Source: Octopus sinensis (taxonomy: Eukaryota). Taken from it: a stretch of 64,000 bases of DNA. The DNA is taken from assembly GCF_006345805.1 (NCBI RefSeq), contig NC_043010.1, positions 63,178,001 to 63,242,000 on the forward strand, given 5' to 3'. Shown here one piece after another: positions 35,901-48,896 of the stretch. Each line of letters starts with the position of its first letter. Position 1 is the first letter of the stretch. Position numbers and translations under genes: made by a program. The notes beneath the pieces were generated by a model, which made no database searches, was not told where the DNA came from, and saw only the letters and a program-made list of their open reading frames with translations.

Positions 35901-37496
35901 AAACAAAGCAGTTGGCTCACCATTTATAGTCTCCCTATGATGTATCTTTGCAGTCTCCCCTAACACTGATTTCAGCCAATTATATTTGTTACACACCTTA
36001 CCTATGACATACCTTCGTCAAAAACTGTCATCATGTCCTCCATACAGTCTTATCTATTATGAAACTCTTCATTTTGTTTCACATTTATATCTCACAACAG
36101 TCAATCTGTTGTTGATGTACATAATAATGTCTAAGTCACCCTAGGATAGGTGGCCTCACGTATCAAGACTAACCACAGAACTTCATTATCTATTGTAAAC
36201 AATAATAATGGTTTCAGATTTCAGCACAAGGCCATCAATTTTGATGGGGGCAGGGCCCAAGTTGATTACACTGACCCCAGTACTTGGCTGGTACAGTATT
36301 CTATCAATCCCGAAAGAACAAAGGTAAAGCTGACCTGTTTATCGTCCCCCTCGTGTGTCTGCAACATGGCAACAACAGTTTCGGTGATAATAGATTGCTT
36401 TTATCATATATGATATGACAATAATACGCTGGTCCAAGATGTTATGGTGAAGCTTGTTAGATAAGGCTACATGTTGAAAAAAAAGACTGTCTTAGCTGAC
36501 ACAGACGTCAGAGCCAGAAAGCTAAGCGTTCGTTCAATTATGACCCCTCAGACCTGATTAAGGGATGTACTTTACGAGCAGCAGCAATAACACACCTTCC
36601 TCATACACCAAGCTCCTTCATCACACACACACACGTCCTTTTTCACTTATCTCCAATTTAAACCAAATTCAAGGCCATCACATTGACTCAGAATTTTTCA
36701 CAGCTGACCATAAGTAATTTGTGTGTGTATATGTATGGCTGTGTGTGCATAACTTGTTTTAGTCTCTGTGTGTATGAGTAAGAGCATATTCATGTGTGTG
36801 TGTGTGTGTCTCCCTGTCCAACAATAATATTGTGTTGTCCAAAACATCCCCAACACCACCTCTTCATGAGTGACTCAACATTAGACAAGAACGCCTCAGT
36901 GCGCACGCATGCGTATCTGTGTGCGTGAGTATGTCCAAAATTCCCACAGACACCAGACAGTGGAGAGAAACCTCTTCCCACCTCATCATTAGTACTGACA
37001 GCAAACCATGGGCTAATACAAAGGTCACTGGTTCGATGTTGCTGACCTCAAAGTCTTTTGGAGAGGTCAGGTGGGGCGGGAGTATAGAGGTGAGATCAGG
37101 GTAAGAGAAGAGACATTTGAGAGATGGAGAGGGGTGTCTGGTTAGAGGAAGTGACATTAGGGAGACATAGGGTCCAAAGAAACTGACCAGATGGGTCAAC
37201 GGAGGTCAGATCCAAGAAGTCTATGACAAGTGATAAGAGGTCAAAAGGAATTATATCAGTACAAGTGAGATTAGGTTAAGATGTACCAAAATAGTTTAGG
37301 AGAGGTTAAGGCATGGGATGGGGGGGGAGGAGGATGGGGGTCAAACGGTCAGGGAGGTTGCGATAGATTAAGACAAGACAAGAAATAATAGAGAGGACAG
37401 GCAAGAAAGAGTTAAATTAGGAGTGAGGGAGTTGGAGGTTATTCAGCAGGATCAAGAGGTCAAGTTTGATAAAGAGGTCAAGTTTGGTAAGGAAGG

Positions 37497-39362
37497 TCAA
37501 ATGTTGATGTAGTGAGGCATTGCGGTGGCGACACCTTGTGCCTGTGCGACAACACCTGCACCGTTTGGTTCTACAACACTGACCACCAGCTGTTGCTGTT
37601 GCTGATGCACCTGCAGCTGGTGTTCTTGCAGCTGCTGCTGTTGGTCTTGCAGCTCTTGCAATTGCTGCTCTTGCAGCTGTTCCTGCAGTTGTTGCTGTTG
37701 TTGTTCCTGCAGCTGCTGCTCCTGCAGTTGCTGCTGTTCTTGCAGCTGCTGCTGTTGTTGTTGCTGCTGTTCTTGCAGCTGCTGCTGTTGTTGTTCCTGC
37801 AGTTGTTGCTGCTGTTCCTGCAGCTGCTGCTGTTGTTCCTGCAGTTGTTGTTGCTGTAAGTGTTGTTGTTCTTGAGGTTGCTGTTGCTCATGAAGTTGTT
37901 GTTGTTGTTGTTGTTCATGAAGCTGCTGTTGTTGTTGTTGTTCCTGCAGTTGCTGTGCAGTCTGAAACTGCCCTTGCTGCTGTTGTTGCTGCTGCTGCAG
38001 GTTGTTAATCAGTGCATTCTGTGGCACGCAGCTCAGCTTTCCTCCGTTTTTGTTGAGCCGTTGGTGTCGCACCAGGTGGTCCTTCCGTGTGAATGCAAAC
38101 CCACACAGCTGACACGGGAAGGGCCGTTCCCCAGTGTGCGTCCGCTTGTGGACCATCATGTGATACTTCTGCAGAAAAGCCTTTCCACACACGTCGCAGC
38201 TGAACGGTTTCTCCTGCGAGTGCTGCTTCTGGTGACGCTCAAAGTAGCTGTTGTTTGAGAACGTCTTTCCGCACACGTTGCACTTGTACAATGGAGCAGA
38301 CTGCACTTTTCCTTGTGCACTTGCATCCTGCCGCTCAGTTAGTGCCTTCAGACACTCTTTGCAGTCGTATGCGCTCTCCGGATGCGAGCGCATGTGTCTG
38401 GTGAGGTCACCGTTCCGAGAGAAAGTCCGGCCGCACACGTTGCAAATATATGGCCGACTGCTATCGTAGTAGTTCTCCTGGGGCAGTTGTTGCACTTGGT
38501 GCACATAGCCATTCGTGATGGGGTAGGACTTAGTGTCGTCGCTGCGTCCAAGCTCATTGCGGTGCTGCCTCATGTGTTTGGTGAGGTCACCGTTTGCAGC
38601 GAAAACGGCACCACACAGGTTGCATTTGAAAGGGTTCTCATGCTGGAAGGCAGTTGGCGTCTGAGGGAGGGATGTTGTTGTCTGCGTCAGCTGCAGTTGC
38701 TGTTGCTGTGGCTGCGGTGCTTGCTGCGGGGTCATCATGACCGTTACTGGCACCTTGGCCATCACTACGTTCTGACCGGCGGCCTCTCCGTGGCTCTTCA
38801 CATGCCGCAGGAAGTCTGAGTTGCGTATGTATGCACGCTGGCAGAGGGTGCACTTGTAAGGTCGGTCGGAGGTCGGTGGCACCGCGCCTTCGTATACGAT
38901 AGTGGACATGGCTGTGTTGTCGTGTGTGCGCATATGCCGCACGAGGTTCACGTATTGGGAAAAGCCGAACCCACACACGCTACACTTGAACGGTTTCTCA
39001 CCTGTGTGGATCGCTTGGTGCCGGTTGAGGTGTGTCTTACGAGAAAAGGATTTGCTGCAGAGGTCGCAGCTGAATGGTTTGACGGCTTGGTGGGTCAGTT
39101 TGTGCCGTTCCAAGTTGTCATAGCGACTGAATGCTTTTCCGCAGATGTTGCACGTCGTTCGGCCAAGCGCCTTGGTGCTGTTTAGTTGCAGCTCGTTGGT
39201 CACAGTCTGTACAACACCTTCTGTTAGTTCATAGCCAGGAAGAGCTGTAGTGGTGGTGGTGGTAGCGCCAGTGGTTGTTGTTGCTGCTATTGCTACTGCT
39301 GCAGTTATTGCTGTTGTTGTTGTTACTGCTATTAAACTGTTACTATCCAGTATATGCTCCAT
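37497..39362 (-). CDS. C2H2 zinc-finger protein (621 aa) with Thr/Ala-rich N-terminus and long poly-Q C-terminus; intronless CDS
   Basis: Long GC-rich ORF with 8 canonical CxxC-x12-HxxxH fingers and TGEKP/SQEKP/TGERP linkers, one His-less finger (CKEC), one atypical last finger, and a Q/LQE-rich tail. Confidence 0.93.
   Translation of the reverse strand: MEHILDSNSLIAVTTTTAITAAVAIAATTTTGATTTTTTALPGYELTEGVVQTVTNELQLNSTKALGRTTCNICGKAFSRYDNLERHKLTHQAVKPFSCDLCSKSFSRKTHLNRHQAIHTGEKPFKCSVCGFGFSQYVNLVRHMRTHDNTAMSTIVYEGAVPPTSDRPYKCTLCQRAYIRNSDFLRHVKSHGEAAGQNVVMAKVPVTVMMTPQQAPQPQQQQLQLTQTTTSLPQTPTAFQHENPFKCNLCGAVFAANGDLTKHMRQHRNELGRSDDTKSYPITNGYVHQVQQLPQENYYDSSRPYICNVCGRTFSRNGDLTRHMRSHPESAYDCKECLKALTERQDASAQGKVQSAPLYKCNVCGKTFSNNSYFERHQKQHSQEKPFSCDVCGKAFLQKYHMMVHKRTHTGERPFPCQLCGFAFTRKDHLVRHQRLNKNGGKLSCVPQNALINNLQQQQQQQQGQFQTAQQLQEQQQQQQLHEQQQQQQLHEQQQPQEQQHLQQQQLQEQQQQLQEQQQQLQEQQQQQLQEQQQQQQQQLQEQQQLQEQQLQEQQQQQLQEQLQEQQLQELQDQQQQLQEHQLQVHQQQQQLVVSVVEPNGAGVVAQAQGVATAMPHYINI
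37594..38000 (-). repeat. Coding CAG/CAA repeat: poly-Q punctuated by LQE/LHE
   Basis: About 130 codons of (LQE)Qn within the ZNF CDS. Confidence 0.92.
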
Positions 39363-39997
39363 AACACAAGTGCAGTATGCATTTAGGTGTGCAGTTGTGA
39401 TAGCTTAGTATATAATGGATATGTGTAGAGGTTTGAATATAGCCGTCTGCATATGCATGGGTGGAAGCAATGCATAGCTGTGTGTTATACTGTTGTGTTG
39501 GAATGTCTGTGTATATACTCTTCTGACTATATGCTTATATATATATATATACACACATTTACGTATGCATGTGAAGTCAACTCCTTTCCTGTGTAGATTT
39601 AAACCAAGTCTAACAGTCCCTGAAATGTAGATCTACACAGAACCCAGCAAGGCTACCTACTTCAATGTAGCCCTACAGGGCTTGGCAATTTAGAGTCAGA
39701 TGGTGTACAGGTTCAAATTCCAGTTGAAGAATTCAGTAAGAATGTAGCAGGAGTAAGGTGGAAGAGGCAGAGGAGGAAAAGGGCACAAAATGCCCTCAGC
39801 TGGACCACAGGAATGACATGACCTCCTTCACCCCCAACACCACCCTTGCTATATGTGATACAGATCATCATCATCCGTGTTATAGTTCAGCTTGAGTGAA
39901 TGCAGGACCCCCATCGAAAGAAGCTGGTCTCGGCACAATCAGAAGTCTGGATTGGCTTGATCAAACAAACAGGAAACATCTAGAGTGTGTGCCACAT
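39363..39997 (-). other. Probable 5' UTR part of the ZNF coding exon
   Basis: Strong acceptor on the minus strand, ctttttcttttgtttcattccAG (AG at 39999-39998), followed by repeat-poor sequence to the ATG at 39362. Confidence 0.55.
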
Positions 39998-40266
39998 CTG
40001 GAATGAAACAAAAGAAAAAGACATTGATAAAATGGAGTTTAAACAAAATGAAGAAGCAAAGATTGTTTGCCAACATAACATGGCAGTCCTGGTTTAGGAC
40101 GAATGTTGCTGTAATTTAGCTCCAGGAGACATCGTCTCCAGCTGGCTATACGACACAATGTTATGTTGGCAAACAATCTTTACTCCAAAGTACTGTTGCT
40201 GAATATCTCGCATTGTGAGATTTAAAAATAGTAATTTTCTAAAATGAAGAAGCAGTAATATTTATT

Positions 40267-40483
40267 TCTTTACTGCCCACAAGGGGCTAAACACAGAGAG
40301 GACAAACAAAGACAGACAAAGGGATTAAGTCGATTATATCGACCCCAGTGCGTAACTGGTACTTATTTAATTGACCCCAAAAGGATGAAAGGCAAAGTTG
40401 ACCACGGCGGAATTTGAACTCAGAACGTAACACCACTAAGCATTTAGCCCGGCACGCTAAGGTTTCTGCCAGCTCGCCGCCTT
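40267..40483 (-). mobile_element. Family A SINE (tail 1)
   Basis: 19-bp TSD agaagcagt(a/g)atatttatt at 40248-40266 and 40484-40502. Confidence 0.88.
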
Positions 40484-40892
40484 AGAAGCAGTGATATTTA
40501 TTAAAAGGAAGGTGAGATAGGCAGAATTATTAGCATGTTGAACAAAATGTTTAGTGATATTTCATCCATTTTTAATGTTCCGAGTTCAAATTCCGAGGTT
40601 GACTGTGCCTTTCATCCTTTCAGGGTCGATAAATTAAGTACTAGCCAAGCACAAGGGACAACGTAATCGACTATTTCCTGCCCCCAAATTTCAAGCCTTA
40701 TGCCTAGAGTAGAAAAGATTATTAAAAGGAAGCAGCCAATCAATGAAGCAGATAAGAAAACTTTTACTTTTCATTTTATTTTCTAAGCCCCAGGAGACTG
40801 AGCTCAATGGGATTTGAACCCAGAACATAAAAAAGACATAATTGAATTTTTACAAGTCATTCTATTTGTCTCTCTCCTGATTCTGATATACA

Positions 40893-40963
<71 letters not shown>

Positions 40964-42002
40964 ACATCATCATCATCATCATTTAATGTCTGCCTTCCAT
41001 GGGTGGGCATGGGTGGGGTGGTTTGACAGCAGCAGGCCAGGCAGAAGCCTGAACCAGACTTCTGTAACTGTTTTAGGAGGATTTTTGCAGCTGGATGCCC
41101 TTCCTAACACCAACCACTCAGCAGATTAGATTTAGTGCTTTTTACGTGGCACAAGCACAGACGAGATCAGTTTTTGCAAGGTTTTTACAGTTGGATACCC
41201 TTCCAAATAAATGCCAACCACTTCACAGTGTAGATAGGGTGTTTTTTAAGTGGCACCTGCACTGACAGGGTCACCAAGTACTTGCAAGACAGAAAAAAAT
41301 CTCTTTCAAGAGGGGAAGGGGTATCTGTGGGATGATGAAAGGGAAGAGTGAGACAGAGAGAGAGAGAAACAGGTGTCTTGCTGAAGAGGAAGTACAAGGT
41401 TACTTGGCTGGAGAGAGAGAGATCAGGAATGAAGACTGAAAGAGGTGTGCTGCCACAAAGGAAATACATGGTCACCCAACATGAAGGAAGTGCAGAAGAA
41501 AGAGTGGGAGGCAGCGGGATAGAGATGGTGGCAAAGTGCTGGGCATACTCACAAGGGACGAAGATATATATACTCTGTATACTCTGATGGTGATTCCTGT
41601 GTTTAAGGGAGTAAATGGTATGTATATGTTTAGATGTGTGTAGAAGGTGTGTGCACATGTTTGAGTGCATGTATTTAAGTGGATTTAGAGGGTGGGCTGG
41701 AGTGTATAGAGGCCAAGTATCTGGTCTGTGTGTGAGTGTGAATATGTATGCGTTTGGGGAGAGAGAGACAGACCATGAGATGTGCTTGAGTGTATGCGTG
41801 CAAATCTAAGGATACATTTAAATAAGCAACAGATATTTAAAGATGAACATAACCGTGTGTCTGTGTATATGAGATAGAGAGGAGAGGCGAAAGAGGAGGG
41901 GCAGATTAAGAGCGCTTCCGTGTATTGATGCGATAACAAAATGCGTGAGTGTAGGAAGGCAACAGGTGGTTGGAAAGCCAGCGCTGGAGTATCAAGGATT
42001 AC

Positions 42003-42270
42003 CTCCCTTGTTACAGTCACTTCAAACAAGATTTTTCTTTTATTTCCGTTTTCGCTCTCAACGTTTCCTGTCTGTTAAACCTTGGACTCGTTATCAGGTC
42101 CTCTTAGGTTTTAATTAGAAATTGATTGGCTCCTTGTCTGATTACTTAACCCAGGTCAATTGTTTATATATATATATATATCAACAAAATGTACACCATA
42201 TAAACAAAGACGTTTGTTCTCCGTCCCGGTACACTTTTACTCAAATATATACACACACACGGAAGTAAAA
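42003..42270 (-). promoter_or_regulatory. Candidate proximal promoter / non-coding exon of the ZNF gene
   Basis: Minus-strand donor GAG|GTAATC at 42002, CCAAT box (ATTGG at about 42125), ETS-like CGGAAGT at about 42260, local CpG retention. Confidence 0.35.
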
Positions 42271-42274
42271 AGTT

Positions 42275-42447
42275 TAGTAGCGTAACTAGGGTGATGGGGA
42301 GTGGGGAGAGACGAGGAGAAGAGAGGGCGGTCTGGCCCCGGACGGCGCTTTTGGGGTCTGCTGTATAAGCCTACATAGGCTTGGGGACCCGGAAGGGTAG
42401 GCAAACTCAAGGGCCACCGCGAGCAGCACACACTAGAAACGTCACTG
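42275..42447. mobile_element. Small GC-rich MITE (hAT-like)
   Basis: Degenerate TIRs tagtagcgtaactag / ctagaaacgtcactg. Confidence 0.5.
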
Positions 42448-42529
42448 CATAAATTGCTTTCAGTTTATGATCACAAAAGGAAACAGAAAATTATCGTAAG
42501 CAATCGACATCAAAACATTGTAATTTCGG

Positions 42530-42560
<31 letters not shown>

Positions 42561-42654
42561 ATATATATTATATATATATATATATTATATATATATATAT
42601 AGATAGATAGATAGATATATATATATGATAATAATAATAATAATAATAATAATA

Positions 42655-42985
42655 ACTTGCTTTCCAACCACATGGCTCCGGGTTCAGTCCCACTGCGTGG
42701 CACATTGGGCAAGTGTCTTCTATTATAGCTTCGAGCCGACCAAAGCTTTGTGAGTGGATTTGGTAGACGTCGAGTGTGTGTGTATTTGTGTCTGTTTGCC
42801 CCCTCCCCCATCGCTTAACAACCGATGCTGGCGTGTTTACATCCCCGTAACTTAGCGGTTCGGCAAAAGAGAACGCTAGAATAAATACTTAGGCTTACAA
42901 AGAATAAGTCCTGGGGTCGATTTGCTCGACTTAAAGGCGGTGCTCCAGCATGGCCGCAGTCAAACGACTGAAACAAGTAAAAGAA
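42655..42985 (+). mobile_element. SINE family B (CpG-retaining copy)
   Basis: Homologous to the other family B copies. Confidence 0.85.
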
Positions 42986-43338
42986 CAAGGTGAAGATTTT
43001 TCGGCTTTAAAGACCCCTTTTCTCCTCCGGTCACTTTAACGTGGATGGATCCGGTGGGAAAGGGAGACCCAGGAAAACCCCAACAAAGTAGTGAGAGCCA
43101 GTCTCATGATGTTGATCCTGACAAAGGACAACAATGATTGGCAATACTCAGTGTTAAAGATGATCTGGCCGTCTGGTGACAGTGAGGTTCTAAATGCATT
43201 ATATATATAAACACAAACGGACCCTTCACCCAATTTGCCCGTCGAGTCTTCCTCACCACCATCATCTCTATCATTCATCCCTCCTCACTACTCCATTATT
43301 CTGCTGCTTTAATTAAACAAGAATAAAAATTAAATAAA

Positions 43339-43586
43339 TGCCCCCTTTTAAAGTCTAGCCAGGCTCATGGGTCCGGTTTCCCGGTTTCTATGGCGTATGT
43401 GTTCCCCAGCTGGATGGGACGCCAGTCCATCGCAGCGTTACTCATTTTTGCCAGCTGAGTGGACTGGAGCAACGTGAAATGAAGTGTTTTGCCCAAGAAC
43501 ACAACGCATCGCCCAGTCCAGGAATCGAAACCACAATCTTATGATCATGATGCTGACACCCTAACCACTAAGCCACGCGCCTCCAC
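43339..43586 (-). mobile_element. SINE family E, full length
   Basis: Minus-strand head gtggaggcgcgtggcttagtgg..gtttcgattcc and core gcgatggactggcgtcccatccag. Confidence 0.85.
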
Positions 43587-46500
43587 AATTAAACAAGAGC
43601 AGAACTATATATATATTATCGTCCCTTTCTATGTGAAAAAAAGAAGTCCATTCTGTGGTGTGTGTGTGTGTGTGTCTTGACATGATACATTATTTGTAGA
43701 CATCAACATCATACAAGCAGTGTTGTCTGCAATTTTCCTTGGAAACATGACCATTTGAGCAAAAAAAAAATTGCCTGACTTGTAAACAGGTGAGGGTTGG
43801 CAACAGGAAAAGCATCCAGCCGTATCAAATCTGTCTCAACGAATCCTGTCAGACCCACATTTAAACCATGGCGAAGCAGTTGGCTATTTATCACACCGTC
43901 CTTGTGTTGGTCAGTTGGCTCCAGATCAAACAAACCTGTTATAATCAGAATCATTCCAGCAGTGACCATCCCATAGGCTAGACACTAAACTGTATCCAGT
44001 GGTGAGGCTCCAGCTTGGGTGTGCAGGAGTTTGGAGTTACTCCTTAATCAACACCATTCTTTAGGTTCGTTCTGGCCGGGGCTGGTAGTATTAGTCAGGG
44101 TCCCCAGTTATGGATCATATAGCAGATGGTTCTGTGGCTAAGGCATACAGGACCAGGAGGAGGGTTGGTGGCCCCTAGTGTCACACAAGCCCATAGGTAT
44201 GCAGGCATGTTCTGATGTCAGATAATCCAGGAGATTAACAGAGTAAACGGTAAATAAAGCAGAAGGCAACAGCCAACAACTGCCATATCTTTCTCTAGAA
44301 AAAACCAGACCCTTCAGATTTTGGCACGGAGGTCCTTAAGCACCAACACCTGCAGACACAGAACATGAAGAACAGGTATATCTAAAATCTTCTATTTTGA
44401 GATAGTAGAATGTGAGTTGAGGAAGATTTGGTTGCTATTTTTAAGCAGGTCAAGCAACCGTACAGAAGTCCCCTCATTAGTTAGTCAAAGTAATTTTCTT
44501 AGAGTAAAGACTAATGCTTGATGAATCCAACAACTACATACTTCCTTGTTTTACTAGTGTCAGTCATTGGACTGAGGCCATGCTGGGGCAACACCTTTGA
44601 GGATTGTTTTTAATTGATCACACAGACCCCGGCATTTATTTCACTCTGCTACTTATTTTAACAATCTCTATTTGTTGAGTAGCTAAGTCAGCAGTTCTCA
44701 AACTGACAGGCACCAGCTCCCACTAACCCACCAGGACAGGGACATTTTCTGCCCCCTATCTTGCTATCTGAATAAGACAAAATAAAAACTGCAACTTTAT
44801 AATTCTACTTCCTTTGCCATCACATTAAATAAGTCAAAAATGCTTGAAAGCATCTTAATTTTATTAAAATATGCCAATTTGTCAACCCCCTATTTTCAGT
44901 CTCCACACCACCCCCTTCTCCACGAGTGGGTTAAGTTAGTTTTGCCATAAAGGGACGTAACTCAACATGACAGTAAACGTACAAACATTTTTTTGCAAAC
45001 ATTATCAATTTGTTAATTGGTTATATGCACAGGTATGACCGCATGGTCGGAGGTTTGCTTCCCAACCAAATGGCACCAGGCTCAGTCCCACTGCGTGACA
45101 CATTGGGCAAGTGTCTTCTATTATAGCTTCGGGCCGACCAAAGCTTTGTGAGTGGATTTGGTACATGGAAACTGAAAGAAGCTCATCATTGGTGTCACGT
45201 AAGAAGCACCCAGTCCAGTGTGCAATGTGGTTGGCATTAGGAAGGGCACCTAGCTCTAAAAACCATGCTAAAACAGACAGTGGAGCTTGGTGCTGTCCCC
45301 TGTCAAACCATCCAGCCCATGCCAGAATGGCAAATGGAGGCTAAATGATGATCATGGTGATGATGAAGATAGTGTGTTTGTCCCCTACTATCGCTTGACA
45401 ACCGGTGTTTACATACCCATAACTTAGCAGTTTGGCAAAAGGGATTGATAGAATAAGTACCAAGCTTTAGGGGAAAAAAAAGTACTGGAGTCGATTTGTT
45501 CGATTAAGCTCTTTCCAGATGGTGCCCCAGCTTGGCCGCAGTCTAATGACTGAAACAAGTAAAAGACAAAATGTTGGCACGAGGCCAGCAATTTTGAGGG
45601 AGAAGGGTTAAGTGAATTACATCGACCCCAGTGCTCAACTGGTACTTTATTTTATCGACTGCAAAAGGTTGAATGGCAAAGCTGGTCTCAGCATCATTTG
45701 AACTCAGAGCACGAAACCAGAGGAAATGTTGCTAAGCAATTTGCCTAACAATCTGAGCTGACAATTCTGCAGAGCTCATCACTTTTCGACTTGAATGAAA
45801 CAGAACAATAGAATGCCTGAATGTTTATAATAGTTTAAAAATGAGGTCTAAAGACTCGTATTGCCTCTAAAACAAATGTCAATAGAATTTTACAACAGAA
45901 TTGGTAATAAATCCTACAAGTAATTGACTTGGTAAATATTTCAAAAGAATAGAAATAACGCTAGGCCTTTTGATACCAACCCAACAGAGACTGACCTGTT
46001 TCTACAACACAAACTTCCTGTTTTAACCAATTAGCATTCAGATTATTCAGTTCAGTGCAATGCTTGTTTATTCACATTGCTTTAAATCAGTTGTGATTTA
46101 TCTCATAGTTTTGAGAAGTCAATGATGTGACTGTTTATGTTTACAATGACAATGTAGGGTAGGTGTAAGAAGCTGGACCTGGCCAGTTTGAACAAAAAGG
46201 AAAAAAAAAACCCAGAATATTTCGGCTGGATATGGCCAGTCAAAATGCTAAAGAGCTAAAGTGGTCTAGATTAACACATCCCATCATCATCGTTTAGAGT
46301 CCGTTTTCCATGCTAGCATGGGTTGGACAGTTCGACCGGGGTCTGGGAAGCCAGGAGGCTGCACCAGGCTCCAATCTAATCTGGCAGTGTTTCTACAGCT
46401 GGATGCTCTTCCTAACGCCAACCACTCCATGAGTGTAGTGGGTGCTTTTTACGTGCCACCAGCACAGGTGCCTGGGGAGGCTGGCAATGGCCACAATCGG

Positions 46501-48129
46501 TTGGTGCTTTTTACGTGCCATCAGCACGGATGCTTTTTACGTGCCATCGGCATATCATGTTAATTTCTGTTCCAAACATCAGCTTAATCCTTTCTGCTAA
46601 AGGCCAGTGATTTTTGAGGGGAGGGGCCAGTGGATTACATCAACCCCACTGCTTGACTGGCACTTATTTTATTAACCCCGAAAAAGCAGTGTATTTCAAC
46701 AGAAATATAGTAACAAAAGATTAATCATCATCATCATCGTTTAGCGTCCGCTTTCCATGCTAGCATGGGTTGGACAAACCTATTAAAATTACAGCTTAAT
46801 AATGATACAAAATTATTTTACCAAATTCTTCGTAATTATCAAAATTAATTGAAACAAAAATAATATATTTCATCAAAAATATTTTTTAAAAAAGGGTTAA
46901 AATGATCTAAATATGGTAACAAAAGGGTTACAGAATATATAAGGTAGTGAATTAGCAGAGTGGTTACAGTGATGGGTTGAATATTTTATGCTATTCGTTC
47001 TGATGGTTGTGCTCTGAGTTCAATTCCTGCAGAGGTCAACTGTGCTCTTCGTCCTTTTAGGGGGTCAATAAAATGTACCAAGCTAGGATGGTAGGTTGGC
47101 AGAGCAGCTAGAGGGCCAGGCAAGACATCTTGCAAAATCTATTCTGGCTTTTTACATTACCAAAATGGCATTTGTAATGACACTGGTGTGGATGGTGTAT
47201 CAGTCTAAAGTGGAAGCTTTCTCCTTTGGATAAACATTGGTGGCAAGGAGAAGGGAGACATGCACACACGGGACACTGCTAGACTTTCTCATAAAATTTT
47301 GCCCAGGCTGACACAAACATGTGAAGATGCCTGATCAGTCTTAACCGATAGAGGCCACCCCTTAGGAAAATATATACATTTTGTGATTATCTCAGCCCTG
47401 TCATGTTCCCATCGCATATCAAACGTCTACACAAAGTCATGTTCATAATTCTTTGTTATTATGAACAAAATTCTGTATATGTGTTCGACATGAGAACCCA
47501 TGGCTGTGTGGTTAAGAAATTTGCTTCATGACCATGTGATTTAGGTTCAATCCTACCTTGGGCAAGTGTCTTCTCTTATAGCTACTAGTCAACAAATACT
47601 TTGTGAATGGAAACTACAGGAAACCTCTGTGCATGTTTGTATGGTGTGCGTGTATATATTATATGAAGGCACATGGCTTGTGGTTAGGGTATTCGGCCCA
47701 CAATCATGAGGTCACAAGTTTGATACCTGGTAACGCTTTGAAATCTCTGATGCTCTTGTAGTTTAAGAATCATTACAGATTCTGTTATCGTATATATTAA
47801 TGATGGATGTGGGTGTGGTCGTGCAGTTGACAAGTTTGTTGCAGGTTCAGTCCCACTGGGTGACAAATGTTCTCTGCTATAACGCAAGGTCAACCAAAAC
47901 TTAGTAAGGGTGGACTCGGTAGATGGAAACTGAAGTGAAAGAAGCCTATTGTATATCATCACCATCATCATCACCACTACTTAACATCTGTTTTTCATGC
48001 TGGCATGGATTGGTTGAAAGGTTTGACAGGAGCTGGCAAGCCAAAGGAATCCACCAAGCTCTACCGTCTCTTTAAAAATGTGTGTGTATGTCTGCCTTGA
48101 CTTTACATGATTGTTGTAAACAAGTGTTA

Positions 48130-48896
48130 CTGAAAGGATGCAAAGCAAAGTCGACCTCGGTGGAATTTGAACTCAGAATTTAGTGACAGCCGAAATATGG
48201 CCAAGCATTTTGCCTGGCATGCTAATGATTCTTATTTCTTTATTGCTCACAAGAGGCTAAACACAAAGGGGACAAACAAGGACACACAAATGGATTTAGT
48301 TGATTACATTGACCCCAGTGCATAACTGGTACTTAATTTATCGACCCCGAAAGGATGAAAGACTAAGTCGACCTCGGTGGAATTTGAACTCAGAACATAG
48401 CGGCAGACGAAATACCACTAAGCATTTCACCAGGCATGCTAATGATTCTGCCAGTTTGCTGCCTTCAATAATAATAATAATAATAATGATGATCTCTAAT
48501 TTAGAAGCACAAGGCCAGCAACCGATCTCAGCACTTGACTGCTACTTCATTTTATTGACCCCCAGAGGGATATAAGGCAAGTTGACCCAAGAGTGATTTG
48601 AAATCAGAACATAAAAGTGTCGGCACAAATATCAAAGAGCACTTTTTCCGATACTCTAACGATTCTGCCATCTCAACGACAACGACCCTTTTTGTAGGCC
48701 TGAAATTTGCGGGAGGGGGGTAGGTAGTCGATTACATTGACCCCCAGTGCTCAACTGGTACGTTATTTCATCAACCTCGAAAGAATGAAAAGCAAATTCG
48801 ACCTCAGCAGAATTAGAACTCAGAACGTAAAGATGGGCGAAATGCCGCTAAGCATTTTGCCCGGCGTGCTAACGATTCTGCCAGCTCGCCGCCTTA
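48130..48896 (-). mobile_element. Cluster of family A SINEs
   Basis: Several cores and heads, with (AAT)n between copies. Confidence 0.8.

Noticed and set aside
37512-38258. Plus-strand poly-Leu ORFs and the alternative-frame poly-N/S ORF
   Set aside because: Antisense and frame-shifted shadows of the poly-Q coding repeat.
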